A stretch of 64,000 nt of DNA from an uncultured Bacilli bacterium (GCA_947632735.1 CANRQG010000001.1:3903-67902); one strand, 5' to 3'; positions 49,272-59,365 are shown, counted from the first letter of the stretch. The notes: generated from the letters alone by a model not told the origin. Program-made: numbers and translations.

Positions 49272-50222
49272 ATGTTAATAAATATAATTTTATTGATATT
49301 GGGGTTCGTAATTTTAATAAAAGGTGCCGACTTCTTTGTTGATGGAGCTAGCTCAGTTGCCCAAAACTTTAAAGTGTCAAAGATGTTAATAGGTTTAACT
49401 ATTGTAGCTTTTGGTACCTCTCTTCCTGAGTTCGCTGTTAGTGTAAAATCCATACTCTTAAAAAGCGGCGATTTAGTTTTAGGCAATGTAATAGGTAGTA
49501 ATATCTTAAATATTTTACTTATTTTAGGCTTATCAGCAATGTTTCATCCACTTACTGTAAAAAATAATACTGTAAAAAAAGAACTTCCGATAGCAATGCT
49601 AATTACTGTTCTTTTCGCTATTTTATTATCTGATAATATTTTTAATACAAAGGTTTTTAATGAATTCACAAGAAGTGATGGCCTTATTTTACTCTTATTC
49701 TTTACCGTATTTATCTATTATCTTATAAGTATGCTTCGTAATAAAGTTGCAAACTCTGAAAGTAAATCACCTTTGTCTTTACAAAAAGCCATTGCTTTTA
49801 CAGTTCTAGGTATCATTGCTATTATGTTTGGTAGTAGTATGGTCGTTAATCATTCTACACAACTAGCCCGTCTTTTAGGCGTAAGTGAAAGAATGATAGC
49901 TTTAACTATCGTTGCCCTAGGAACTTCTTTACCAGAGTTAGTAACATCCTTGACGGCTACAAAAAAAGGCGAATATGATATCGCTATCGGAAACGTTGTT
50001 GGAAGTAACATTTTCAATATTGGTATTGTTATTGGACTACCGATAGCCTTATTTGGTGGAGTCTCAAACATAACCTTTAGCTATATTGATATTGTTACTA
50101 TGATTTTATCAGCTATACTTTTATTTATGTTTTCCTTTAATGATTATAAAATATCTAAAAAAGAGGGACTCATCTTTCTTTTACTATTCATTAGCTACTA
50201 TGGCTATGTAATTTTCGCTTAG
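49272..50222 (+). CDS. Ca2+/cation antiporter (CaCA/YrbG family), copy 1
   Basis: Two alpha-repeat motifs GTSLPEL and GNVIGSNIFNI. RBS aaggag. Confidence 0.75.
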   Translation: MLINIILLILGFVILIKGADFFVDGASSVAQNFKVSKMLIGLTIVAFGTSLPEFAVSVKSILLKSGDLVLGNVIGSNILNILLILGLSAMFHPLTVKNNTVKKELPIAMLITVLFAILLSDNIFNTKVFNEFTRSDGLILLLFFTVFIYYLISMLRNKVANSESKSPLSLQKAIAFTVLGIIAIMFGSSMVVNHSTQLARLLGVSERMIALTIVALGTSLPELVTSLTATKKGEYDIAIGNVVGSNIFNIGIVIGLPIALFGGVSNITFSYIDIVTMILSAILLFMFSFNDYKISKKEGLIFLLLFISYYGYVIFA

Positions 50223-50230
50223 GAGGAATT

Positions 50231-51184
50231 ATGCTTTTAAAAACAACACTCCTTATTATAGGATTTATTATTTTAATAAAAGGTGCTGACATTTTAATTG
50301 ATGGAGCAAGTTCCATTGCGACCAAATTCAAAGTATCCAAACTCTTAATAGGACTTACCATAGTCAATTTAGGAACAGGGGCTCCTGAGTTAGCCATAGG
50401 TTTTAAAGCCATTCTCTCCGGAAATGGCGATATCGTCTTAGGTAATGTAATAGGCAGTAATATCTTAAATATTCTCCTGATAGTTGGTGTATCATCATTA
50501 TTTAGAAGTATCACCGTTAGAAGTAGTACCGTAAAAAAAGAATTACCAATTGCCCTTTTAATAACTCTCCTTTTTTCACTTCTTATTTCTGATAATCTTT
50601 TTGATTCAAGTATGGTAAATAGTTTTACTAGACGTGAGGGAATAATCCTTATTCTCTTCTTCTCGATATTTATTTATTATTTATTTACGATGTATCATAA
50701 TAAAATTGATGAAGACCAAGAAACTATATCTGTTTTTTCCAATAAAAGAAGTATCATTTATATAATATTAGGAATAATTTGTGTTATTTTAGGTAGTAAC
50801 TTAGTAGTAGATAACGCTGTTAGTCTAGCTCAAAAAATAGGTATTTCTGAAAGAATAATTGCTCTAACCATCATAGCTTTAGGCACATCTCTTCCAGAAT
50901 TAGTAACGTCAATAACTGCTACTAAAAAAGGTGAATTTGATATAGCCATAGGTAATATTGTAGGAAGTAATATCTATAACATCGGACTTGTCCTAGGTTT
51001 ACCAGTTGCATTGTTTGGAACTATCACAAACATAACTGTTAATTATATTGACGTTGCTACAATGATTTTATCAGCTATATTACTTTATATGTTTTCTTTT
51101 AATGATTACAAAATTACTAAAAAAGAAGGTATTGTCTTTCTCTTCTTATTCGCAATTTACTATGCATATATAATTTTTTTCTAA
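50231..51184 (+). CDS. Ca2+/cation antiporter (CaCA/YrbG family), copy 2 (tandem paralog)
   Basis: Same architecture; about 55% identical pattern to copy 1. Confidence 0.75.
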   Translation: MLLKTTLLIIGFIILIKGADILIDGASSIATKFKVSKLLIGLTIVNLGTGAPELAIGFKAILSGNGDIVLGNVIGSNILNILLIVGVSSLFRSITVRSSTVKKELPIALLITLLFSLLISDNLFDSSMVNSFTRREGIILILFFSIFIYYLFTMYHNKIDEDQETISVFSNKRSIIYIILGIICVILGSNLVVDNAVSLAQKIGISERIIALTIIALGTSLPELVTSITATKKGEFDIAIGNIVGSNIYNIGLVLGLPVALFGTITNITVNYIDVATMILSAILLYMFSFNDYKITKKEGIVFLFLFAIYYAYIIFF

Positions 51185-51203
51185 ATGAAAGTAGGTGTAT
51201 TTT

Positions 51204-54200
51204 ATGAAATTTAAAAAATTAGAACAAGGAAAAATCAATGAAATTGAAGAAAAATTTACTAAAGAATGGGATAAAGTAGATATTTACACAAAAACTGTGG
51301 AAAACAGAAAAAATAATGATACTTTTGTCTTTTATGATGGTCCAGCAACCGCTAACGGTATGCCAGGAATTCATCACACTTTAGCTAAACTTTTAAAAGA
51401 CACTATCTGTAAATATAAAACTATGCAGGGTTATAAAGTTATTAGAAAAGTAGGGTGGGATACCCACGGTTTACCAGTAGAAGTTCAAGTCGAAAAAGAA
51501 TTGAATTTTACTAGTAAAAATGATATTGAAGAGTACGGCATAAAAGAATTTAACCAAAAATGTCGTGAAAGTGTTTGGAAAAATGAAGAATACTTTACTA
51601 AATTTACCAAGCAAATGGGCCAGTTCATTGACCTAGAACATCCTTATATTACTTATAATAATGACTATATCGAAACAGAATGGTGGATTTTAAAGAAAAT
51701 CTTTGATGATGGCTATATTTATAATGGTCTAAAAATAGTTCCTTGGTGCCCAAGATGCGGTACCGGTCTTGCTTCCCACGAAGTAGCTCAAGGCTATAAA
51801 GAAATATCCGTTAATACCGTTTATGTCCCATTCAAATTAAAAAACGAAGAAAATACTTACTTCCTAGTTTGGACAACTACTCCCTGGACACTAATCTCTA
51901 ATGTCGCTTTATGTGTAAACCCTAATGAGACATATGTCAAATGTGCGTCAAAACGTTATAACTTCATTGTTGTAAAAGCCTTAGCTGACTCTATTCTAGG
52001 AACCGACTATGAAGTAGTAGAAGAGTATAAAGGTAAAGATTTAGAATTTGTTGAGTATGAACAATTAATGCCTTTTCTAAAGACCGACAAAAAAGGCTTC
52101 TATGTAACTTGTGACAATTACGTAACAACAGAAGATGGTACTGGTATTGTTCATATAGCTCCAGCTTTTGGTCAAGATGACTATGAAGTGGGCTTAAAAT
52201 ATAATTTACCTGTTTTAAACCCTGTAGGTGAAGATGGCTGCTACACAGAAGGTCCGTGGAAAGGTCGTTTAGTTGTTGACCCTGAATTAGAACTTGACAT
52301 AATTAAATACTTAGCCAGTGAAGATAAACTCTTTAAAAAACAAAAGATAAATCACGATTATCCACATTGTTGGAGATGTAAAACACCACTAGTTTATTAT
52401 TCAAAACCATCTCTATATATAAAAACTACAGCTAAAAAAGATGAAATTATCGCTGAAAATAAAAAAATCGCTTGGCATCCCGATTATGTCGGTGAAAAAA
52501 GATTTGAAAACTGGCTTCAAAATATGAATGATTGGGCTATTTCTCGTAACCGTTATTGGGGTTGTCCAATTCCTCTTTGGAAATGTGAATGTGGCAATGA
52601 AATAATGATAGGCTCTCGTGAAGAATTAAAGAACTTAGCCATAGAAGAAGTAAAAGATGACTTAGATTTACATCGCCCATATGTAGATGATATTCATATT
52701 GAATGTCCAAAATGTCATAAGAAAATGACTAGAATTCCTGATGTCATTGATTGCTGGTTTGACTCTGGTTCAATGCCTTTTGCACAGTATCATTACCCAT
52801 TTGAAAATAAAGAACTTTTTGAAAGCCAATTCCCAGCTGATTTTATAGCCGAGGGAATAGACCAAACAAGAGGTTGGTTCTATGCTCTTTTAGTAATCTC
52901 TACCTTTATTACCGGCCAAACACCATATAAAAATGTTTTAGTAAACGATTTATTACTAGATAAATATGGTCAAAAAATGCATAAGTCTCGTGGTAATACC
53001 GTAAGTCCCTTTGAAATTATGGAAAAATATGGCGCTGATACCGTAAGATTTTATATGCTATACGCATCTCCTGTTTGGACTCCTTTAAAATTTGATGAAG
53101 ACGGTGTCAAAGAAATTTATTCAAAATATATCTCCACTTTTAAAAATGCCTATTCATTCTTCGAAATGTATGCTAATGCCGATGATATAGACCCAAGAAC
53201 CTATAATATTCCTGTAAAAAACCGTCCTTTAATTGACCGTTGGCTAATTTCTAAATTAAATAAATTAATAAAAGAAGTAAATAATGCTTTCTTAGAATAT
53301 GATTTAAATAAAGTTGCCAAATTAATAGTGCCATTTTTAAATGATGACTTATCTAATTGGTATATTAGAAGTAATAGAAGACGTTTTTGGGATAGTGAAT
53401 TAACTGAATCTAAAAAATGTGTTTATCTAACTACCTATGAAGTATTAATTGAATTATGCAAATTATGTGCTCCATTAACGCCATTCTTAACTGAAGAAAT
53501 ATATCAAAAATTAACAAATGAAAAATCCGTTCATCTAGCTAATTATCCAATTGAAAATGACGATTTAATCGATGAGGCAACTGAAGAAAAAATGGACTTA
53601 GTAAGAGACATTTGCTCCCTAGGACGTTTTGCTAGAGAAGAAGCTAATATCAAAGTACGTCAACCAATAAGTAGCCTAATCTTACCAAAAAGTGATGAAC
53701 TTATCATCGGTAATTTACTACCAATTATCAAAGAAGAATTAAACGTCAAAGAAATCGTCTTCAAAGAAGATATGAGTGATTATCTAGAATATGTTGTAAA
53801 ACCAAACTTTAAAGTACTAGGAAAAACACTAGGTCCAAGAATTAAACTACTTCAAGAAGTATTAAATAATTTATCCAGCAAAGATGTTGCCAAAATATCT
53901 GAAGATGGTTTAACAATTAGTCTTGGTGGTGATGATTACACAATTACCGAAGATATGGTACTTATAACTCTAAAACAAAAAGAAGGCTATGCTTCAACAT
54001 CTAATAACAAAACTTGCGTTGTTCTAGATACAGAATTAACAGAAGATTTAATATTAGAAGGCTTAGCCCGTGAATTTGTTCGTAAAGTTCAATCCCTTCG
54101 TAAAGAAGCTGACTTCGTAATAACTGACCATATCAAAGTTTACTATAATGGCTCTGATAAAATAAAAAAGATGCTAGAAAAATATCAAGATTATGTTATG

Positions 54201-54299
54201 AATGAAGTCCTAGGTGATGAACTAATAGAAGATAAAAAACTAGACAATATGGAATCTTTAAATGATGAAAAAGCTTCTATTAAAGTCGAAAAAATCTAA
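51204..54299 (+). CDS. ileS: Isoleucine--tRNA ligase, type 2 (eukaryote-like, ~1030 aa form)
   Basis: HIGH-region variant (PGIHH), CP1 editing domain, KMSKS-equivalent KMHKSRGN, long C-terminal extension without the type-1 Zn finger. Confidence 0.85.
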   Translation: MKFKKLEQGKINEIEEKFTKEWDKVDIYTKTVENRKNNDTFVFYDGPATANGMPGIHHTLAKLLKDTICKYKTMQGYKVIRKVGWDTHGLPVEVQVEKELNFTSKNDIEEYGIKEFNQKCRESVWKNEEYFTKFTKQMGQFIDLEHPYITYNNDYIETEWWILKKIFDDGYIYNGLKIVPWCPRCGTGLASHEVAQGYKEISVNTVYVPFKLKNEENTYFLVWTTTPWTLISNVALCVNPNETYVKCASKRYNFIVVKALADSILGTDYEVVEEYKGKDLEFVEYEQLMPFLKTDKKGFYVTCDNYVTTEDGTGIVHIAPAFGQDDYEVGLKYNLPVLNPVGEDGCYTEGPWKGRLVVDPELELDIIKYLASEDKLFKKQKINHDYPHCWRCKTPLVYYSKPSLYIKTTAKKDEIIAENKKIAWHPDYVGEKRFENWLQNMNDWAISRNRYWGCPIPLWKCECGNEIMIGSREELKNLAIEEVKDDLDLHRPYVDDIHIECPKCHKKMTRIPDVIDCWFDSGSMPFAQYHYPFENKELFESQFPADFIAEGIDQTRGWFYALLVISTFITGQTPYKNVLVNDLLLDKYGQKMHKSRGNTVSPFEIMEKYGADTVRFYMLYASPVWTPLKFDEDGVKEIYSKYISTFKNAYSFFEMYANADDIDPRTYNIPVKNRPLIDRWLISKLNKLIKEVNNAFLEYDLNKVAKLIVPFLNDDLSNWYIRSNRRRFWDSELTESKKCVYLTTYEVLIELCKLCAPLTPFLTEEIYQKLTNEKSVHLANYPIENDDLIDEATEEKMDLVRDICSLGRFAREEANIKVRQPISSLILPKSDELIIGNLLPIIKEELNVKEIVFKEDMSDYLEYVVKPNFKVLGKTLGPRIKLLQEVLNNLSSKDVAKISEDGLTISLGGDDYTITEDMVLITLKQKEGYASTSNNKTCVVLDTELTEDLILEGLAREFVRKVQSLRKEADFVITDHIKVYYNGSDKIKKMLEKYQDYVMNEVLGDELIEDKKLDNMESLNDEKASIKVEKI

Positions 54300-54317
54300 A
54301 AAAATGTAACTGTCAAG

Positions 54318-54350
54318 AAAAGAAAGAATATCCTAAATTCTTTCTTTTCT
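54318..54350 (+). terminator. Rho-independent terminator after ileS
   Basis: GAAAGAA-tatcctaaa-TTCTTTC with a T-run. Confidence 0.5.
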
Positions 54351-54391
54351 AGCTTAAATATAGTAAAATAAAAGAGAAAAGAGTGTTGTCT

Positions 54392-54664
54392 ATGGATATT
54401 GATTTTTCAAAAATAAATGATATATATGGAAAAGATATTTTATATTCCTGTGGAGAAAACTTTGATGATTTAGTAGAAAATATCACTATATTAAAAAAAC
54501 TAGGTATTGAAAATATCTATGAAGTAGTAGAACGCTATCCCTTACTATTTTTAGACGATTCCAAAGATTTTAGCTCTAAAATAAATAATTTTTTCCTACA
54601 CCTTGGTACAAACTATAAAGAAATACTTGAAAATAATATGACTTTATGGGAGGAACTATTATGA
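54392..54664 (+). CDS. Small mTERF-like repeat protein
   Basis: LKKLGIENIYEVVERYPLLFLDDSKDF resembles an mTERF repeat unit (...LG.s...i..iv.r.P.ll..s.e...). Confidence 0.3.
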   Translation: MDIDFSKINDIYGKDILYSCGENFDDLVENITILKKLGIENIYEVVERYPLLFLDDSKDFSSKINNFFLHLGTNYKEILENNMTLWEELL

Positions 54665-56376
54665 ATGAATATGACCTAGTAAAACTTTTTTTAAAATATC
54701 ATATTGACTATGAAAGTCTAAAAGAAATAACTATTACTAATGATATTAACAATTTAGAAGAAATATTAAGATATCTAATTAATGAAAAAAAGATAAGTCC
54801 CAAAAATTTAGCCAAATCTCCCAGCATTTTTAATACCAAAAGTATCACAATAAAAGATAACTTTTCCTTCTTAGAAGAAGTAAATTTAAAAAAAGCCCTA
54901 AGTAATTGTCTCCACGTTTTAAATACCAATAATGACAAATTAAAAGAAACCTATTACTATGTCCTAGAAAATTACGGTCCAAGTTATCTTGAAAAAATAA
55001 CTTCTATTTTAAGTGTTCCTGTTGAAAGAATTAAATTAATCGAATTATCTTTTAGTGATACTTTATCTAAAGAAAACATCCTAAGTGCCGCTACTAGTAA
55101 ATTTGATATATTCGATTTAACCAAAATAATTAATACCTGCATAAATGAAAAAATAAAAATACTACCAACTGTTTTTCTAAGAAATTCCGATGAAATAAAA
55201 GCTCTTTCAACCATCTGTCATCAGAAAAAAGTATCTCTAAATACTACTATGTTTCATCGTAGTCCTGATGAAGTAGAACAAATTATAAACTTTTGCCAAG
55301 AAAATTCTCTTGCTATACTAGGAGCTTACTTCTTAAGAAAACCTGATGAAGTAGAAGAAATAATTAATATTACCAAAAATATTTCCGACAAGCCTCTTAG
55401 TCTAGCTTTCAATAGAACTCCTAGTGAAGTAAAAGATATTATCAAAATCTGCCAAGAAGAACAAACACCTCTTACTTCCAATATGTTTTTACGTACTCCC
55501 GACGAAGTCAAAAAAATAATTAAACTATGTCAAAAAGAAAATATTCCCCTAACAGGTAGCCATTTCCAACAACCTTACCAAGACTTTGAAGATATCCTTG
55601 GCTATTGTCAAGAAAATAATCTTAATCTAACAGCGTCAATGCTTTTTCGTAAAAAAGACGAAATATCTTCCATTAGAAGTTTTTGCAACGAAAAAAATCT
55701 TCCTATCTATGAAACTATGTATAAAAGAACACCTAGTGAAGTAGAAGAAATTTTTAATTACTGTTCAAAAAATAATCTTTCCATAACACCAAATCTCTTT
55801 AGAAAAAAGCCCCACGAAACCACAACCATCATAACTACTTGTAAAAATTTAAAACTACCACCATCATCAGTAGTATTTAAAAGAACCCCTGATGAAATAA
55901 TTGATATAACTAGTATCTTTTTAAAATATTTTAAAACCCTTCCGATAAAAAATGCCTTTAATCAAAAACCAAAAGAAGTAGAAGATATAATAAAACTTTG
56001 CCTTAGCAAAAATATCGCAATAACAGGTACTCTTTTTCAAAAAAAAGCCCCAAGTATCAAAGATTCTATTGATTACTTAGAAAAAAATTACGGAGAAAAA
56101 TATTTAAAACCACTAATTATTATCAAAGACAAAAACCATCTAGCTAAAGTTTTTCCTCTCCTTGATAGCTTAGGCGTTCTAGATATCGTCATAAATAGTC
56201 CCAGTATTTTAACATTAACCGAAGAAGAAATAAAAGATAGAATTGCTTTTTTAGATAGAATAAATGAAAATATCGTTGTAGGAGAAACCTTTAATTCCCT
56301 TTTTGGCTTATCTAGAAAAAATTATCTTCTCCGAGTAGAAAAAGAAAATAATAAAGAAGGAGCCTTAACACTATGA
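54661..56376 (+). CDS. Tandem-repeat protein built of ~36-aa units (F.R.PDEV..II..C.....L.), mTERF-like
   Basis: At least 10 consecutive units, e.g. FLRNSDEIKALSTICHQKKVSLNTTM / FHRSPDEVEQIINFCQENSLAILGAY / FLRKPDEVEEIINITKN... / FNRTPSEVKDIIKICQEEQTPLTSNM / FLRTPDEVKKIIKLCQKENIPLTGSH. Confidence 0.35.
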   Translation: MNEYDLVKLFLKYHIDYESLKEITITNDINNLEEILRYLINEKKISPKNLAKSPSIFNTKSITIKDNFSFLEEVNLKKALSNCLHVLNTNNDKLKETYYYVLENYGPSYLEKITSILSVPVERIKLIELSFSDTLSKENILSAATSKFDIFDLTKIINTCINEKIKILPTVFLRNSDEIKALSTICHQKKVSLNTTMFHRSPDEVEQIINFCQENSLAILGAYFLRKPDEVEEIINITKNISDKPLSLAFNRTPSEVKDIIKICQEEQTPLTSNMFLRTPDEVKKIIKLCQKENIPLTGSHFQQPYQDFEDILGYCQENNLNLTASMLFRKKDEISSIRSFCNEKNLPIYETMYKRTPSEVEEIFNYCSKNNLSITPNLFRKKPHETTTIITTCKNLKLPPSSVVFKRTPDEIIDITSIFLKYFKTLPIKNAFNQKPKEVEDIIKLCLSKNIAITGTLFQKKAPSIKDSIDYLEKNYGEKYLKPLIIIKDKNHLAKVFPLLDSLGVLDIVINSPSILTLTEEEIKDRIAFLDRINENIVVGETFNSLFGLSRKNYLLRVEKENNKEGALTL

Positions 56377-56804
56377 AAGATCCGGAGTTTATTGCCTTAA
56401 GAAATAAATTCTTCTTAAATGTCCTAATCGCAACTATTTTCATAATACCTATAACTATCCTTATCTTTAATAAATTTTCAAATCCCAAACCAGAACTTTT
56501 AAAAAACATTGAACAAGAAAAGAACTTAATCATATTTCTAACTGAAAACAATTGTCAAAAATGCCATTCACTTAAAAATACCCTAAATAATAATAACATT
56601 TCTTACTTTGAACTAAACAAAGATAAAGATTCTTATTTTGAAGAAATTATGTTGAAAATAGAAATGCCTTCTAATTATGCCTTAGCTCCTGGTATTATTT
56701 ATATCGAAAAAGGTAAAATGCTCGCTAACAAAGTTGAACTAAAAAACAGTAATGACCTTGAGACCTTTCTTTCTAGCCTCAATTTAATAAAAGGAAGTGA
56801 TTAA
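56373..56804 (+). CDS. Membrane-anchored thioredoxin-fold-like protein (CxxC)
   Basis: N-terminal TM, CQKC motif; weak. Confidence 0.3.
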   Translation: MKDPEFIALRNKFFLNVLIATIFIIPITILIFNKFSNPKPELLKNIEQEKNLIIFLTENNCQKCHSLKNTLNNNNISYFELNKDKDSYFEEIMLKIEMPSNYALAPGIIYIEKGKMLANKVELKNSNDLETFLSSLNLIKGSD

Positions 56805-56806
56805 TT

Positions 56807-57547
56807 ATGTCTAAAGTAGCCTTAGTAACAGGAAGTAATAGAGGAATTGGTAAAAGCTGTATAATTGAATTTGCTAAAAAAGGAGTAGATGTCGTTATAA
56901 ACTATTGCCATCATCAAGAAGAATCTTTAGAATTAGAAAAATATCTTAACGAAAATTATGATGTTAAAACCCTAGTTATAAAATGTGATGTCTCCAAAGA
57001 AGATGAAGTAGAAGATATGTTTAGTAAAATTCTTGATACCTTCGGTGGACTAGATATTCTAGTTAATAATGCCGCTATTTGTCGTGATAATTTACTATTT
57101 GATAAATCAGTAAAAGATTTTAAAAGAATACTAGATGTCAACTTAGTTGGCACCTTTCTTTGCAGTAAATATGCCTCTAAAATTATGCTAGCTAAAAAAA
57201 GTGGTAAAATAATAAATATCTCTTCAACTAATGCCCTAGATACCTACTACCCAGAAAGTGCAGATTATGATGCGTCCAAAGCTGGAATTATTTCCTTAAC
57301 CCATAACTTTGCTTTAGAGTTAGCGCCATTTATAAACGTCAATTGCGTCTGTCCAGGCTGGGTAAAAACAGCAATGAATAAAAATTTAACCTATGAACAA
57401 ATAAATAAAGAAAAGAAAAAAATCTTACTAAATAGGTTTGCTGAAGTTGAAGACATTAGTAAAGTTGTTATTTTCCTAGCTAGCTCCAAAGCTAATTATA
57501 TCAATGATACTATAATTAGAGTCGACGGTGGTAAATACAATGATTAA
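56807..57547 (+). CDS. SDR-family oxidoreductase (FabG-like)
   Basis: ALVTGSNRGIGK Rossmann motif, NNAA, YxxxK (YDASKAG). Confidence 0.75.
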   Translation: MSKVALVTGSNRGIGKSCIIEFAKKGVDVVINYCHHQEESLELEKYLNENYDVKTLVIKCDVSKEDEVEDMFSKILDTFGGLDILVNNAAICRDNLLFDKSVKDFKRILDVNLVGTFLCSKYASKIMLAKKSGKIINISSTNALDTYYPESADYDASKAGIISLTHNFALELAPFINVNCVCPGWVKTAMNKNLTYEQINKEKKKILLNRFAEVEDISKVVIFLASSKANYINDTIIRVDGGKYND

Positions 57548-57574
57548 TAATTTATAATGAAAGAAGATGACTAA

Positions 57575-58804
57575 ATGAAAGATATAGAAAAACTAGTAAA
57601 TGACAGTGAAAAAATGTGTTTAGAGCAATTTCAAAAAATCGATGATATATGCTTTTATAATAGTAAAAAAGTTCTTGCTAGTTTTAAGAAAAATAATGTT
57701 ACCGAAAGTGCCTTTAATGAAACAACTGGATATGGCTATAACGATTTAGGAAGAGATATAATAGAAAAAGTTTTTAAAGATGTTTTGGGTGCCGAAGATG
57801 CTTTAGTAAGAAATCAATTTATCTCTGGAAGTCACGCTCTTAACGTCTGCTTTTTCGCTCTTTTGCGTCCTAATGACTTACTACTAAGTATTACTGGTAA
57901 GCCCTACGATACACTCGATGAAGTAATTGGTATAAGAGAAAATGCTAGTTCCTTAAAAAGTTTTGGTGTCAAATACAAAGAAATAGATTTAATAAATGAT
58001 GACTTTAACTATGAAGAAATAAAAAAAGTTTTAACTACTGAAAAAGTAAAAGTAATAGAAATACAACGTAGTAAAGGATATTCCACTAGAAAAAGTATTT
58101 CCCTAACCAAGCTAGAAAAAGTTATATCCTTTATCAAAAATATTTCTCCAGATGTTATTATTATGGTTGACAACTGTTACTGTGAATTTGTTACTACTAA
58201 AGAACCTACCGAAGTAGGAGCTGATATTATGGTTGGCTCATTAATTAAAAACCTAGGTGGTGGCATAGCTTCAAATGGAGCCTATATAGCTGGTAAAACT
58301 GACTTAATCACCCTTTGTGCCGAACGTTTAACCTTACCAGGTGAGGGTAGAGAAGTTGGTCCATCACTTGGTGCTAACAAACAAATTTTACAGGGCTTAT
58401 ATTTTGCTCCATCCGTAGTCGCCGCTGCCTTAAAAACAGCCGTTTTAACATCTAAAGTAATGGAAGAATTAAATTACGAAGTTGAACCTAAATTTTCTGA
58501 GGATAGAATCGATATCGTCCAAAATATCATTTTTAAAGATAAAGATAAATTAATAGAATTTACAAGAGGCATTCAAAATGGTTCTGCCATTGATTCAAAT
58601 GCCCTTGTCGAAGCATCAGCTATGCCCGGTTATGATGACGATATTATAATGGCCAGTGGCTCATTTACCCAGGGCTCATCTATCGAATTATCCTGTGATG
58701 GCCCTATAAGAGAACCATATATTGCCTATATGCAAGGTTCCTTGACCTATCCGTATGGCAAGTTAGGTCTAATAACGGCCTTAAAAAGATTACTAACTAA
58801 ATAA
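57575..58804 (+). CDS. Methionine gamma-lyase family protein (YnbB / 'aluminium-resistance' PLP-dependent family)
   Basis: N-terminal ...CFYNSKKVL...NETTGYGYNDLGRD... is characteristic of the Met_gamma_lyase family. Confidence 0.65.
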   Translation: MKDIEKLVNDSEKMCLEQFQKIDDICFYNSKKVLASFKKNNVTESAFNETTGYGYNDLGRDIIEKVFKDVLGAEDALVRNQFISGSHALNVCFFALLRPNDLLLSITGKPYDTLDEVIGIRENASSLKSFGVKYKEIDLINDDFNYEEIKKVLTTEKVKVIEIQRSKGYSTRKSISLTKLEKVISFIKNISPDVIIMVDNCYCEFVTTKEPTEVGADIMVGSLIKNLGGGIASNGAYIAGKTDLITLCAERLTLPGEGREVGPSLGANKQILQGLYFAPSVVAAALKTAVLTSKVMEELNYEVEPKFSEDRIDIVQNIIFKDKDKLIEFTRGIQNGSAIDSNALVEASAMPGYDDDIIMASGSFTQGSSIELSCDGPIREPYIAYMQGSLTYPYGKLGLITALKRLLTK

Positions 58805-58858
58805 TAAATGTAATATATCAAAAACTTCTTCATATAATTAAATGAATGGAGGAGTCGT

Positions 58859-59365
58859 ATGATAAATAAACAAAATTTATGGTTTTTAACATTATTTACA
58901 TTAATATTAGTCCTTAGTATTTACTATGTAACAATGCCCAATGATTTATTAGTAGAAGCCATAAAAAAAGAACCAAAAACAGAAACTAAAGCCGAAGCCA
59001 AAGATACTATTGAAGAAGTATCCAGTTTAGTCGCAATGCGAGTTAGCCTAGAAGAAGAAAGACAAACCGTAATGGACGAGCTACAAGAAAAGTTAACAAA
59101 TGATGAAACAACTAGTGAAGAAAAAAATAACGCTTATGAACAACTAAAATACCTAAATGAAGTTCAGGGAAAAGAAGAAGCAATTGAAAAGAAAATAAAA
59201 AAAGAATATAATCTTGATTGCTTTGTCAAAATAGACAATAATAATGCCAATTGTGTTTGTGTATCATCAAAGCACGACAATACCTTAGCAAATAACATCA
59301 TGCGTCTTATACAAGAAAATTATAAAAATAAAATGTACACAACCGTTAAATTCCAAAAATCTTAA
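58859..59365 (+). CDS. SpoIIIAH-like protein
   Basis: N-terminus MINKQNLWFLTLFTLILVLSIYYV resembles B. subtilis SpoIIIAH MLKKQTVWLLTML...LSVYYI. Acidic linker and C-terminal domain. Confidence 0.45.
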   Translation: MINKQNLWFLTLFTLILVLSIYYVTMPNDLLVEAIKKEPKTETKAEAKDTIEEVSSLVAMRVSLEEERQTVMDELQEKLTNDETTSEEKNNAYEQLKYLNEVQGKEEAIEKKIKKEYNLDCFVKIDNNNANCVCVSSKHDNTLANNIMRLIQENYKNKMYTTVKFQKS

